Shown: positions 24,478 through 36,234, counted from the first letter of the whole stretch. The stretch: 63,839 nucleotides of DNA, filler included, from Phoronis australis (GCA_002633005.1; 9 parts of 9 records of this genome joined end to end with filler, not necessarily neighbours in it); one strand, 5' to 3'. Notes: generated from the sequence alone by a model not told the origin. Program-made: numbers and translations.

Positions 24478-25133
24478 TTATCAATCCTGAAATTCTACTT
24501 TTATGAGTAACGGTGATCTTTGGTTGATTTGGTAATCTCTTGATTTTAATTTCACCAATCTAAGTGGGGTGTGTTTCATAATTTATGTTATAACTTCGGT
24601 GTGCCATTGTGTGTCAAGCTCAATTGTTGACCAGTGAAAAGTGTGCCTTAGGAGATGACACCAACTGATGTGTCTTCATTTGTGATCAGGACATTGTATC
24701 AGATCAAAAGAAAAATGCTAAATGCATAGAAAAGTATTCAACTGTGCACCATAACTGTAGTTGTTTTAATGATGTTGTATATTTAGTTTTAGATGGGTTT
24801 GTATAATGGTTCATGAAGAACGTTTATAGCGACATTACACCCATGCTTTCTGTCCAAAAACTTTTGATTTACGCCACTAACTTTTATAAGAATGATTGTG
24901 TCGTATTTCTGGACTTGGGCAGAACTGAGTTTGTTATGGCATCAGACCAGGCTTAATGAGTCTCAGATCACAACGTGGACTTTTCCGCTTGCACTCGAAA
25001 GTTTGACATTTAGATGCAGTGGATTTGTCTAGGCAAATTATTGCAACTAATTTCACTTATGGCAAGAAGGTGTATTAAGGTGCTTGGGAACTAGAAAATT
25101 GCTTTGGACACAAAAACAGGGTTTTTAGCTGGT

Positions 25134-25252
25134 TTAAGTGACCACAGACTCACCCAAACAGTCCGTCGCTCTTAAGTGACCACAGTCTCACACAAACAGT
25201 TCGTCGCTCTTAAGTGACCACAGACTCAAACAAATAGTCCGTCGCTCTTAAG
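25134..25252. repeat. 38-bp tandem repeat, 3 copies
   Basis: Unit TTAAGTGACCACAGACTCACCCAAACAGTCCGTCGCTC at 25134, 25172 and 25210. Confidence 0.9.
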
Positions 25253-25719
25253 CTACCAATGCTCAATTCTTAACTTAACCTCATTCATCCTGTCTTGAAT
25301 TGTTGTGTCCGAATAAGCCCGCAGCTCAAGACATATGTAATGGCTACATGGGCCCTTTGGAATAAGCTATTCTTGGGTTGCAGGCCACCCCCCAATAAAC
25401 TGCAAAACATTTTCTTGAGTCACTGATGGTTTGAGGTTCTTGTTGATTATGGATTTAGAATCCTGGTAAAGAGTATTATGAGACTGATTTTATNNNNNNN
25501 NNNNNNNNNNNNNNNNNNNNNNNNNNNNNNNNNNNNNTTAATTAATTAANNNNNNNNNNNNNNNNNNNNNNNNNNNNNNNNNNNNNNNNNNNNTCCAGAA
25601 ATGGCAAAATGTTATCGACCTCTAATTCTACACTGAATTTCAAATTAGGATGCCTCGAGTTTAAATACATCAAAAATTCCTGGGCTGACCGCTGATTTTC
25701 AAATATACAAAACACATCA

Positions 25720-25876
25720 GTGATAACATCAGTATTTCATAAGAAGACCTACACAGGACTGTACACTTGTTTTCATGGCTTCACATCCTTTGTTTATAAA
25801 GTAGGTCTCATTAAAACTCTAATAGACAGGGTATATCGCATTAACAACACTTGGGCTAGATTTGATTCTAATATAA
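25720..25876 (+). mobile_element. Penelope-like RT/thumb fragment
   Basis: ITSVFHKKTYTGLYTCFHGFTSFVYKVGLIKTLIDRVYRINNTWARFD matches the PLE T.V.RK.T.TG...K.GLI.TL..RA motif. Confidence 0.7.
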
Positions 25877-26164
25877 TGTATATTTTCTCCCCATAGTAAT
25901 GCCCCTGGTCGAATACCTGTTACTTGACAAAGCGGTCCAGAGTGTAACACTCTATACACTGTGCGCTCCTTGTGAAGTTTCCTGTGCATACATGAAATAT
26001 CTATGTTTTAGTGCATGTGAAATTGTAAAAACTCGGCTGATGTCGTGAATGAGAAACACCCTGCAAATGTGGGGTTTCCAGTCTCGAAAACAATTAGAAG
26101 GATGACGCTCTTTTGCACGTATCTCTATATTAGCTCATGCCGGTTAAAGAACATCGCCGTCAAC

Positions 26165-29100
26165 ATGTTTACGAAGGTTTTGGCGTTAGGAAATTTCTAG
26201 TAAGTTTACAACATTCAGTCATTTTAAGCCGATGTCTTTTGTTTAAAGTTTCTTCCTTCTAACTCCATTTCTCTCAACGTTAAGCTATTCACATTGCAGT
26301 GATTGTAAGCCAGGCGTCGGCTGCAAGTTACGATGACTGTTCCGAGTATTCAGTGAAGACATGCCTTGGTGACATGATGAGCGTGGCGACAGCCGCTCAG
26401 GGAGGACAGATTCCAAGCTACACACCAGGAGAGTTTAGAAATGTGTGCAGGTGAGTGATTGATTCACCTGACGTGCTTATCTTTTTTCACGTCCAACTCA
26501 GGCAAACGTTCTGTTTGCAAACTCGGCCAAATTAGAGTTGGATCGACTTTGCAGGTGCAGACGTATTGCCAAACGGGACCAGTTTGCCAGAATTAGCTAG
26601 ACGGCTGTTGTCAAACACACCAAATATCAACAAACGCCGAATTTGGTCATGTTTTCAGACGAAAGTATGGAAGAGTTTGCCAGTGTAGACTGGATTTTTT
26701 TAAGATAAAGATAATTTAAAAATTCCTATTGTTTTGTGCAGAAGTTGAATTTAGAATAACTCAAAAGGATGTAATTTAGTTTTCAGTGTTATGCTCACGT
26801 CTTCGGTGACGTACAAGACTCAATTGGACCACTTAATATTTTCCACTAAAATTGACTAGCTGCTCAACGTTCATTACGTCTCAACTAAACTTAGCTTAAC
26901 GTGTATGCTTCTGTAATAGGTCTGGCGATTAATTACTAAATAAACAAGGATGCTATGACGGGTTCCTTTAATTTATGTGCTGAAATCAATATGACTTGAC
27001 ATAGTTTTGTTCCGAGAACGGATGTCAGTTGGAGAAGCCAGTACTCGGTGAATCGGGTACAACTGGAATGTTTTTTTTTAGGAATACTTTCCATTTGTAC
27101 TCGTAGATCAGTGATGCCGCTTAAGTGTTGTTGCCAAAGGGCTTGTAGTGTGCATCGTCTAAAGACACGCTACACACGACAGGCTTATCGTCTTATTTTA
27201 CATTGGTTTTTGTCGACAGAGAGTTCGAGGAAGCGAAGAGCTGCTTGAACGAAATCCGTGGCTACTGTACTCAAAAAGAACGATATGAACTGGACAGTAT
27301 CACAACACTGTTCGACTACCTCTGTGGAGACGGATTTGATAGTGAGTTATTCGAGTTAGGCTACAAAAACGAAGGGCAGTTATTAAATTCCCTGACTCAG
27401 CAGGACTAATTCTCTTCACTGTGGTTACTACCAGCTTATACCAGGATTGTGAATTGTCACGATTTGGGTGGTAATTTTCTGAAGAAACAAGTAATTGAAT
27501 GGATACTACACTAAAGCACTTAAAAACAATAATTAATTACGTTCTTTGTCGTGTTCATGGACTTTAAACACCAGTAAATCGATGTATGTTGTGACTCATT
27601 CAGTACGAGTTTAATATGCAGAAAATTATGTGGCCTTAGTGAACTTACTCGAGATGAAATGGCAACGCCAGCGTCTGCTAGCTTTTTCAAGCCTGTGCGA
27701 CCTCTGGTGGATTAGGTCGAAGTTGAGAAAATCGGCAGGAAACTTAGGCAGAATCTTCTTGTCCCAGGTGTGTGATAGTTGGCTCTCATCATCCGATTGA
27801 GCACAAACTTGGTGTTTTTCGTAACTTACCTCGCCGTGAGGATCTGATTGTATTTGACGACAACGACAGGACATTAGAGAAACACAACATTCGTGACTCT
27901 CTAGAAAGGTGTGGATACCGGCCATGTTAGGTCTTTAGCAAGGCTACCCGTATAATACCCAGATTGGAAACAAACAACATCGAAAGACTTTCGGAACAAT
28001 TATGATCTGTGTTCAGGACATTTGATATCGCCACGTCTTTCAAACCTGCTCGCACTTTAAAACAAAAACTCTTGCACCCTAAGGATAAACAAGCTAAGGA
28101 AAAGATAGCTAATGCGGTCTATGGAATACAATGTGGAGAGTGCCGTGAAACTTATGTAGAGGAAACTAAGCCACCCTTCAGAACAAGGTTGTCACAACAT
28201 CGTCGGCCTAATTACGGTGGCACTTATGACTTTGCCGTATTTTTCCATTGCCAGGAATCTGGTCATAGCTTTGTCCTTGATAATGTACTAATCCTTGACA
28301 AGGATAAAAATTGGTTTGAACGGGGAGTCGTGGAGTGTACATATGAAAGAATTGGAAATCCTTCTTTGAACCTAAGAGGAGGCTTGAGGGTCCACCTATC
28401 GCACACCTGGGCCAGGATTCTGACTTAAGTTTCTCGCCGATTTTCTCAACTCCAACCTAATCCACCAAATGTCGCATGGTCTTGAAAAAACCAGCAGACG
28501 CTGGCGAAACGTTGCCATTTCATCTCAAGAAAGTTCATAATTGTCTGCATATTAGACACGTCGTCACGGATAAATTTAGATGTGTTTGCATTTCCTCTTG
28601 GTTTCAGTTGTCGGAAAATCAAAATCAAACTACGCCACTTATCCCGACACAATCGGTTTCTAAATTCACCTTAAAGTGTAAATTGCAAGGTCTAAGTATG
28701 TTAAATTGTAATTATATTTTCAAGATATTGTTAGTTGGATATATCTTCTTCCAATTATCATGTTATTGTGTCTGTAGTTACGCTAAAAAGCGAAAATTAA
28801 AAAAAATCCGCGAAAAGTTGACCTTTGACACCGTGACATGGTGTTGGGGAACACAAACTAGATCAATATCCCACAATGCAGTTCATCGCCCATACAAAAC
28901 AGTGGAAGACGAACAAGGAGCGTTCAATCTTGGCGTGATTTGACATGGTACATCGGTGTGTGTGCGCCAACTGTGCTAACACCAGCCAGGTGGAAGGCGT
29001 GACCCTATTTAGGTTTCCCAAAGACAAGCATCTGGCTGCAAAATGGCACGTTTTCGTGTGCACTGCTCGTCATTGTAAAATGACTGTCGAGTCGGCCAGT

Positions 29101-32100
29101 CTGTCGGAGCCGAAATATGCTCCGACCACTTTGAGGACGGCTGCTTCGACGACAAACATATCATGAAGTTTGAAGCTGGTCTTGTGAAAAGGTAAGTTAT
29201 CTTCATAATTTATGGCTTATATCCATGACGCTTTCTCAGTGCTTGAACTATAACGATCTTTTTTCGCAATCACCATAGTTCTCGCGGTCAACAATTGCTG
29301 AGTGTTGCCGGTGGTATTTCTTTGGAATGTTGCCCAGTAGGCTATTTGTTGATTCAACTGTTCTTGGTGTTGTGTGTGTAGCAGCGCTAGTTGAGCATCA
29401 TGTTGACCCAATGCAATTTCATTTGCTGATGGTTCTCAAAGTCAAGTCACGCGAAGTCAGTAAGGATCATTTAGGGTATCATATTTTTGAGAATCATTGT
29501 CTTCAGCCAAATTAGAGTGGAGATATACACCTGGTACTATGGGGAGAGCAGCACTTGGGGGGACAATACCATCAGCCCCCTATGGTGCACACCGCCCATG
29601 CCGATGGGCGGCCCAGCTCTGAAGTAACTACATACATGTACTATAGCCCTGTTGTAGATGTGCTTCCGGTGAATCATATGAGCCTCTGTTAGCTACTCGC
29701 TAATGGGAAATTGCCTATTAGCTGAATGGTTAGCACGCTTGCCGGTTTTATGGGGGTCGTGGGTTCGATTCCTGAGTCGGGTAATCTCGGCTATTACTAC
29801 AGCCCCCCCCCCCCCCCCTACGAGGCTATGGTGCGCTTCAGAGACCACTGTATTTGAGCATCAGGAGGTTCTTTGTGGGGTTTTGTCAACCAAGTAATAG
29901 ATGGTGGTGTGCTGACAAAAGTTTGAACTGTTCTAACGATGGTACTTAAGTTGCACGGTTTTGATTATTAAAGTAACCTGCTTCAAAAATAAAACAGGGT
30001 TAACTCTGGTTTTGGCCTTTGCTTGAAGGTTATAAAAGTAGGCGAAAACTTGCACTTAGGTGACGTCGTGTTTAACTTAAATCATTGATTCAAAATGATT
30101 TTTACTTTAAATTGCAGTTGTGCTTTTCAGAGTATGTGAACGAAGTAAGGAAGAATACGTTACACTTGTTGCGAAATAAAAGAGAAGCCAGTGACCTCGA
30201 AATTTGTTTGGAAATTGACGCCCCTCCAATGCTGAGTGCTGGTGCTCCAGACGTGTCCAAGGAGGAGGCCGTGGCACGGATGAGGAGCCGATATCCAGAC
30301 AAATTCAATTAGACTGCTTGTTTTGTCAATGGACAGTACTGATATTTCTTTCCATCACATACATGACAATGAATGATATTGGGGCACGAAAAGACTGACG
30401 ACCCACACAGGTACCTTTTCGCCCCCTTACCGATGCATTATATGGGACGGCAACAGTTTACTGTTAATCAAATAAACCTAAAAGCTATGCCACAATATTT
30501 ATAGTCATTATATTGAAGTAACATTGAAATGTTTCAATGTTAGAACATAGTATGTCGCAGGGTTTATACAAAGCGGACAGCCATATGGCACGCTCAAAAG
30601 TGTTTCACGATTTCCAATACTGGTACTATAAATACTCTAGCATTGCTATCTGTACAGCTTTCAAAAAAAAAACCTAAAACATTGGTAGTGATGAAAATAT
30701 ACATGGGTCGTCAGTCTTCTCGTGTCTGCCAATATCATTCAAATTGTACGACAGAATAATCATTTGCACAGAATCCCAACTCTACTGTCTAACATTTTCT
30801 TGCGAGTTTTTTTGCGAGTGGTCCAAGCACTCTCTCCAGATTTCTCACTTCCTATACATGTGTATAATTTTGTGTGTTTTATACCATGTCATAGACATCT
30901 GAAGCTATTGCATACTGTAGCTTTTGGGTGGAAATTCAGTACTTTGCCACGTCATGGTAGTTAATGTCTTGTTGAATTACAGTAGAACTCGGTAAGTTGG
31001 AGCCAGTGAGACAGATATTTCATCGAAGTCAAAGTTACTTGGAGGCGTTACAGGAATTAATGCATGCTAGCCTTTCTAGTTTCCAATGAAGCACTACCAA
31101 TGTAACGAGTCCTACTGTATAAGAAGAGGGCAGGAGATTCAGTCTCTACCTCAGACAATAGTCCAGATTTTTATGTAACAGCAATATTGTTGAATGTGTT
31201 CACTTGAAACTCACTAACAACTCCAGTGAGACCAATTCCTAAGTAAACCATAACTGATGTTGAGTTTAGAGGTTTATAATGTAGTTCTAGTAACATTACA
31301 CTTGTCATGACCATGTCACTATAAGTTCCTGAACATCAATATATGCTACTTTCTTTGTCAATTGTTTACCATTCTGAAAACACAGAAATCCATCATGGAA
31401 TGCCAACTTCATTTTTGTACCACTGAGATTGCGCTGTGATTGCATTCGTTTGTTAGGATATTTGTTCTCTCTATGGAACTTGTCACTTATTTCAACTCGT
31501 CCAAAGTAGATACTCCCCGAGTCACAAGTTTTAGTAATAGAGTACTTAGGTAATGAGCTGGAGTTGGCATTCCAGGGATAAGACAACTCGATATATATAT
31601 ACATAAATGAAACTAATAAGAAAACCCTTGAAACTCAAAGTCCTCCTCATTTCCCGGTGGAGGGTAAAAAGCTCTGATGCAGGCTACTGCGCATGCTGGA
31701 ATTACAACACGGACAGTTCGTCCTAGGTGACCATGCACCCATCTTTGGAACTGTCTGTAGGCTATGTGTCGCATCCTTTTATCAAAGGGTCCGTCATAGC
31801 CATCCGGATATTGGCTTTTATACTGCAACCATGCAGTCTCCAAAACATCACGATTGATGCACACAGGTTGAAAACTTCCATGGTACACGATACATTTTTT
31901 TCTTCCGTTTAAGTTGTCCCTCTTCATTTCGTCCTCAAGTTTAGCAATAACTTTGTCGACTTCTTGACAACATACTCTTTCTTCAATGACTGCAGTAGTC
32001 TGACAGTTGTCACACGTGCACCTGCAAGATGTGACAATATGTATACATTACTTTAGTAAACATCAAAATGTCGAATTGAAAAAATTACTGATTTACCAAG

Positions 32101-35100
32101 AGTGTCTCGGCCAAATTAATTGAGGGTTTGCAATGACCTCAGTTTTCGAGAAGACTGATTGTTGAGCAGCGACCTGTTTAAAACAGAACAAAAATGAAAC
32201 TAAATTCCAAAAAACAAGCTTTGAAACATCACATAAATAGTAAAGATATTTACTTTTCATACAAATGAATACTGCTACACCCAGGGCAGTGGCAGATCAT
32301 GCCTGGGGGATATATATATAGGAATGGACATACTTAGTTTGATTTGCTGACACCTGATTCATTGATGGAGGGGTCTGTTTTGTTAATAATCGTGAATATT
32401 ACAGTAAACATTTTTAAAAACTTCTCAATATCCGATGCCTTCTATACTCTTTAGAAACTTTACCAGACGGTTCCTTCCCAAGTCAACTCGCACCCAAGCC
32501 ATGTACCAATTTTCACAAATAACAGCAACATTAGGTACATAGGCATGAAAGCATTGACTTACACAAACTAAACCTGGTTAGAAAAACGTGTGTACATTGC
32601 TCTGGGTCCAAGTTGACTTGGCCCTAGAGTATGAAAATGAAGTGACCTGTTTTATAACCCATGGAATTCCCTCCGGCCCCCAGGTAAGAAAGTCTAAGTT
32701 GCAAAATTGCAATTCTTTTTTCCTCTTGTTTACACTACACAGTTGAGTATTGGGAGGTGGTTCTCATTCTTTCCCATGCATACATTTATTCACTCACTAG
32801 TAAGACTGAGCTCAGGGGAGTAGGAGACAACTTCGTACAATGCCCAATTGTCTGCCAGTGAAAGCCAGGATTCGAACCCGAGTCTCACAAACAAGAGTCC
32901 GGGGCCCAAACCAATGCGCCACTGTCTACAAATAATGAAAGACCACACATTGTTGAGTGATTTGCGTAAGTGCAACGAGTCCCATTTTTTATCACTGAAA
33001 CTGGTACTTATCCACGGCTGAAAAATGATTCATCAGTGGGGACGAGAGCGCCTGGGAGTGACCGGTAAAGCTACTGAACTTAAAATTAAAAAAGACCAAG
33101 TAGTAATTCGCGGTAGTATGATGCATATTTATAATATTCTTACCAGTCACTAACATTCTGTCGCAACTCCTGCGCACCTTCTGCCCGTTGATATTCACTG
33201 CACGAACCGGCTGGGGCTGGATCGTCGACAACCGGAGCAAGGGAAACGGTTCTACTAGAGAGAAGGTGTGAGCACAAATTCAACGGTTCCTATGGGGTCT
33301 GTCGCCTCCTCCTCCACATCCGAAACGTCAGAATCGTCTGAAAACTCCACCTGACCCTCCCTGTATCTTTCAAAATATTCTTCATCTACGCTGCTGTACT
33401 CACTGGGATCCATATTGTTTTCTTTGTGTTCCCCAACACCACGTCACAGATGTGTAACGAAGGAAAATGGCGCCGTTTCTATTTTCCGTTACAACAATGG
33501 CGTTACAACGCCACGGCAACAAATATGTAAATAACTTTTTATAGCGACGTACAATTCAGTTGATGTTAAGAATATAGCAATAATAATTATAAACATGAAT
33601 TTAGAGCATATTGTTGTTCAAATTGGTTGAGACCTTGCAATTTACACTTTAAAACGATTGGACTTTATTTTCCGTCCCTAAGACGATGGTTATGAAGATT
33701 TACATGATAAAAACGCTCCAGAAAACCACAGAGCTGACTAGCCTTGGTGCAAAGCTGTATACTATATATACAGCTTTTTGCCGATGTAGGTAAAAAACGA
33801 CCAAATGAAATCTGACTCGAAATTAGTGTCATTAAAAACTACACTCTTCCTTGAGTAGACCGAATTATTTTCCGGTGTTGGAAAATTGGCGTTCTACCTT
33901 TATTTTGCTGCTAAAATTCTGGTGCGATCTTTTACATGGGCTTTCGCTGCTATGAAATATTGCGTCACCTGCAGTGCTGTAGTGGGGCGTAGGCGCACGT
34001 AGGCGCAGCCAACCAACTTTTGGCATTTGAACGTAGCGCCTACGCACCCAAAGTTACATTCAATGTTCAAGGTGATACGGTGGGCTTTGGCCGTCTACTT
34101 ACGTCTTATTTTACCACTACAGCACTGGTCACCTGTTGGCCAGTTTCTTTTTTCCCGATTTTTCAATCAACTGTTCTTCTCTTCCACGAGGTTGCGTTTC
34201 ATTTCGTTACAAGTTCATAGTATTTTAATACCAGCAAACCGAATATCAGAGTAAACTTTGCTGCCGTGTGTCACGAACGTACTGTTTTGAAAACGAAGAG
34301 AGACTTTTCTTTGCTACAAAAGGCGGAGAATAATGCCAGAAAATAACGTTTATTAGATTGTTTTTCACTCGGGCAAGGTGAGTGTCGGTTGACTCCCATA
34401 TTTTGCATGCACCCCACCGGTCGTTAGCTCTCCATTTTGATATAAGTTTTACGACAAGGTGACGAGCAGAACTACCCGGGGTGTGTGAAATTTTGGGGTT
34501 TAACGGAGCTCAACATACAGTGGTACCTCGCTGTATTTTGAAGATAGTCTTCAAACAGCTAGATGGCTGACCAGCTTATGCAAAATTGGACTGCTTTAAT
34601 CTAGTCGCAAGTCATGCCTCAATTCCGGTTGAACGTTGAAAGCGATGTTATCGTGGCTAGTCGCCTTTAATTAGCTTAATTAGCACTTATCTTGATTTCA
34701 CGTTTAAAGTCGATTAAGTGGCAAATGCTGCATTATTTTTTTGACTAAATTTTAGATTATTGATAGTATATCGTGGTATGTCGTACACTATATAGCACAA
34801 TAGCAAATTAAAATTTGCGACACTTTATTTTTGAAAACAAGCATGCATTTTAATTGGCGAATGATTTCTTTTGCTTTTTATTTTAGTCTACATTGAGAAC
34901 AACGAATGCCTGTTTAAAAAAGAACTGGAAGACCAATTGCAAGTGTGCCTGGACAAATATAGCGAGCAGAGTCAGTCGCTGAAATTTTCATATGGTTCCG
35001 CGAGGGAGAAATTAAATAAACTCTGCAGGTATAAAGTGAACGGTCGAATTTACACAGTGCATTTCTTTCTTCCACACATCACTTTGTCTATTATAATGAA

Positions 35101-36234
35101 ACTACACCCTCCATACTGGAAATGTTACTCAAAACTGGTTTTTGGCTGTACTTCGGGAGCAAGTTTTCGGTTATACAGAATTTGTTAAATGTACGACTAG
35201 GTCAGTTACTGTATCTATGTTCAGTTGAGAGTAGAGTTTTGTTCCGAAAGTACGAACCTAACGGAATAAAGACTGCGAACAATGAAAAGTGTCGTGCATT
35301 TAACAAATTCTGTATAACCGAAAACTGGTTTTTATCAATTTTTAACTAAAATAAACCCTCTGACATCGCAGTAATCGAGTTGTAATTAATATCTGAAGCA
35401 TGCGCGTACCCAGCCTAAAAATACGGGGCTCTAATTTTGGTAGTTCCTGCCTTTTTAGCGGTCTTTTGTCTCATTTTACACGTTTTACGGAGTTTTTTGT
35501 TTCTCTGAGGCGGACCTTTTTTGCCCACTTCGTCAAATATAGGGCTCCTTCGAGCCTCCTCCCCCCTCTTCCCTGGGTTGCGCGCATGCTGAGGGCGTGC
35601 TTAAAACATGGCGATACCCGGGTTCCACCCAAAAACGAACATTTGATGTAGACCACTTACCACTACAACGTTAGTGTCAGACTATTTTATTACCCGGATG
35701 AGAAGAGGTTTCGGGTTTTCAAAGAACTTGCAGCTGTTTATTCCTTGAGATTGTGCTGGGTGTGTAGAATGACAGGTTGGGGCAAGCCAACTTAAAGAAT
35801 CTGGTCCCGAGCTTAAATAACGGAACGTAAGTTCTTTCGAAGGCTTGAAATCACCCCCTATTTGACTAACACCTTGAAAGCAATGCCATAACGGTAAATT
35901 GTTTTAAATAATTTCTTTTTGTCATGGAATGTGGTTTTGCAACCGCTTCAATATTCTTGCAATCATTACTTACAGAGGTGCACGTTTAAGTCAATGGCGA
36001 ATCTTCATAAATTCTAGGTACACCAACGACTATATCGGTTGCTCGGGAAACATTGCCGGCGAGAGCTGTGGTGCGAGTGCCCGTGGACTGATTGTGGAAA
36101 CTGCTAAGCGAGTCTTCTCCATGGTCTTTAAACAGGCATCCTTTGACTGTGTCATCAACGCCGGTGTTGGTCCTACGTTGACTTACTGGACATCGGTTGT
36201 CGCTGGTTTCTTACTGCTTAAAAACTTGTATTGA
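26165..36234 (+). CDS. Secreted Cys-rich, probably GPI-anchored protein (DUF19/CPG4-like helical fold suspected)
   Basis: Exons 26300-26450, 27220-27341, 34887-35028 and 36018-36234 splice in phase (GT-AG) into ...SQASAASYDDCSEYSVKTCLGD...NVCREFEEAKSCLNEIRGYC...FDYLCGDGFDIYIENNECL...VCLDKY...KLCRYTNDYIGC...CG...FDCVINAG + hydrophobic tail. Putative exon 1 (26165-26199, MFTKVLALG..) is one base out of phase. AATAAA at about 36570. Confidence 0.8.
28009..28428 (+). pseudogene. GIY-YIG endonuclease of Penelope-like element
   Basis: FKP..TL.QKL.HPKDK...NAVYGIQCGEC..TYVEET...RL.QH...H...GH.F....ILDK..NWFERGV.E; YIG is altered to YVE. Confidence 0.85.
28476..28518 (+). ncRNA. Minimal hammerhead-ribozyme-like motif in pLTR
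   Basis: ATGGT-CTTGAAAAAA-CCAGC-AGAC-GCTGG-CGAAACGTT-GCCAT: stem II hairpin, GAAA core, palindromic AACGTT and flanking stem I. The CUGANGA box is non-canonical. Confidence 0.5.
28945..29191 (+). pseudogene. Kolobok transposase exon 1, THAP domain (frameshifted)
   Basis: MVHRCVCANCAN...LFRFPKD...KW..FV, then in a shifted frame AEICSDHFEDGCFDDKHIMKFEAGLVK, ending AG|GTAAGT. Confidence 0.85.
29713..29781 (+). mobile_element. tRNA-derived SINE head
   Basis: Box A TAGCTGAATGG and box B GGTTCGATTCC at tRNA-like spacing; no full cloverleaf. Confidence 0.55.
30130..30312 (+). pseudogene. Kolobok transposase last exon
   Basis: TTTTCAG acceptor, then EYVNEVRK...APPMLSAGAPDVSKEEAVARMRSRY, resembling the Kolobok C-terminal P.L.....P.KEEA....SRF motif. 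Confidence 0.7.
30367..30746. mobile_element. MITE nested in Kolobok A
   Basis: Inverted repeats of about 40 bp: CAATGAATGATATTGGGGCACGAAAAGACTGACGACCCA / TGGGTCGTCAGTCTTCTCGTGTCTGCCAATATCATTCAAATTG. Confidence 0.7.
30980..31117. mobile_element. Tc1/mariner-type MITE nested in Kolobok A
   Basis: TA|CAGTAGAACTCGGTA ... TAACGAGTCCTACTG|TA. Confidence 0.65.
31613..32021 (-). CDS. KolX (P2X7 C-terminal ballast/nanor-like Cys-rich domain), main exon, open frame
   Basis: TGCAG| acceptor, then (W)CTCDNC..(9)..VCCQE...CIVYHGSFQPVCINRDVLETAW...RHIAYRQFQRWVHGHLGRTVRVVIPACAVACIRAFYP...FQGFSY*: 135 sense codons with no internal stop. Confidence 0.9.
32720..32925 (-). mobile_element. tRNA-derived SINE in KolX intron
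   Basis: Minus strand has box A TGGCGCATTGG and box B GGTTCGAATCC; the 3' boundary is approximate. Confidence 0.55.
33144..33413 (-). pseudogene. KolX exon 1 (one frameshift)
   Basis: ATG at 33413 gives acidic MDPSEYSSVDEEYFERYREGQVEFSDDSDVSDVEEEA; a frameshift near 33290 leads to ...ELRQNVSD(W), and TG|GTAAG joins in phase to the exon at 32021. Confidence 0.75.
35188..35340 (+). mobile_element. Short fragment of the Naiad-like PLE ORF start
   Basis: LGQLLYLCSVESRVLFRKYEPNGIKTANNEKCRAFNKFCITEN, near-identical to the reverse complement of 5110-5245. Confidence 0.75.
35399..35588. mobile_element. hAT5-like MITE (CATGCGCG family)
   Basis: CATGCGCGTACCC ... GGGTTGCGCGCATG; flanks CTGAAG / CTGAG form an imperfect TSD. 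Confidence 0.75.

Larger units (their letters stand above)
27612..28553 (+). mobile_element. 5'-truncated Penelope/Poseidon-type retroelement with inverted 5' pLTR
   Basis: Thumb remnant SHHPIEHKLGV...CGY from about 27783 and GIY-YIG ORF 28009-28428; 27612-27778 is the reverse complement of 28396-28553. Confidence 0.85.
28675..33648. mobile_element. Kolobok DNA transposon, family A (internally deleted transposase + KolX)
   Basis: Perfect 19-bp TIRs AGTGTAAATTGCAAGGTCT (28675-28693) / AGACCTTGCAATTTACACT (33630-33648); TTAA TSD at 28671-28674 and 33649-33652; THAP and KolX coding regions in convergent orientation. Confidence 0.92.

Noticed and set aside
25134-25252. 38-bp repeats as a CRISPR-like array
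   Set aside because: Units are directly adjacent with no unique spacers, and the context is eukaryotic with no cas genes; it is an ordinary minisatellite.
29713-29781. Functional tRNA genes here and at 32863-32925, 51675-51755 and 61270-61350
   Set aside because: Box A/B are present but acceptor, anticodon or T stems do not pair; treated as tRNA-derived sequences.
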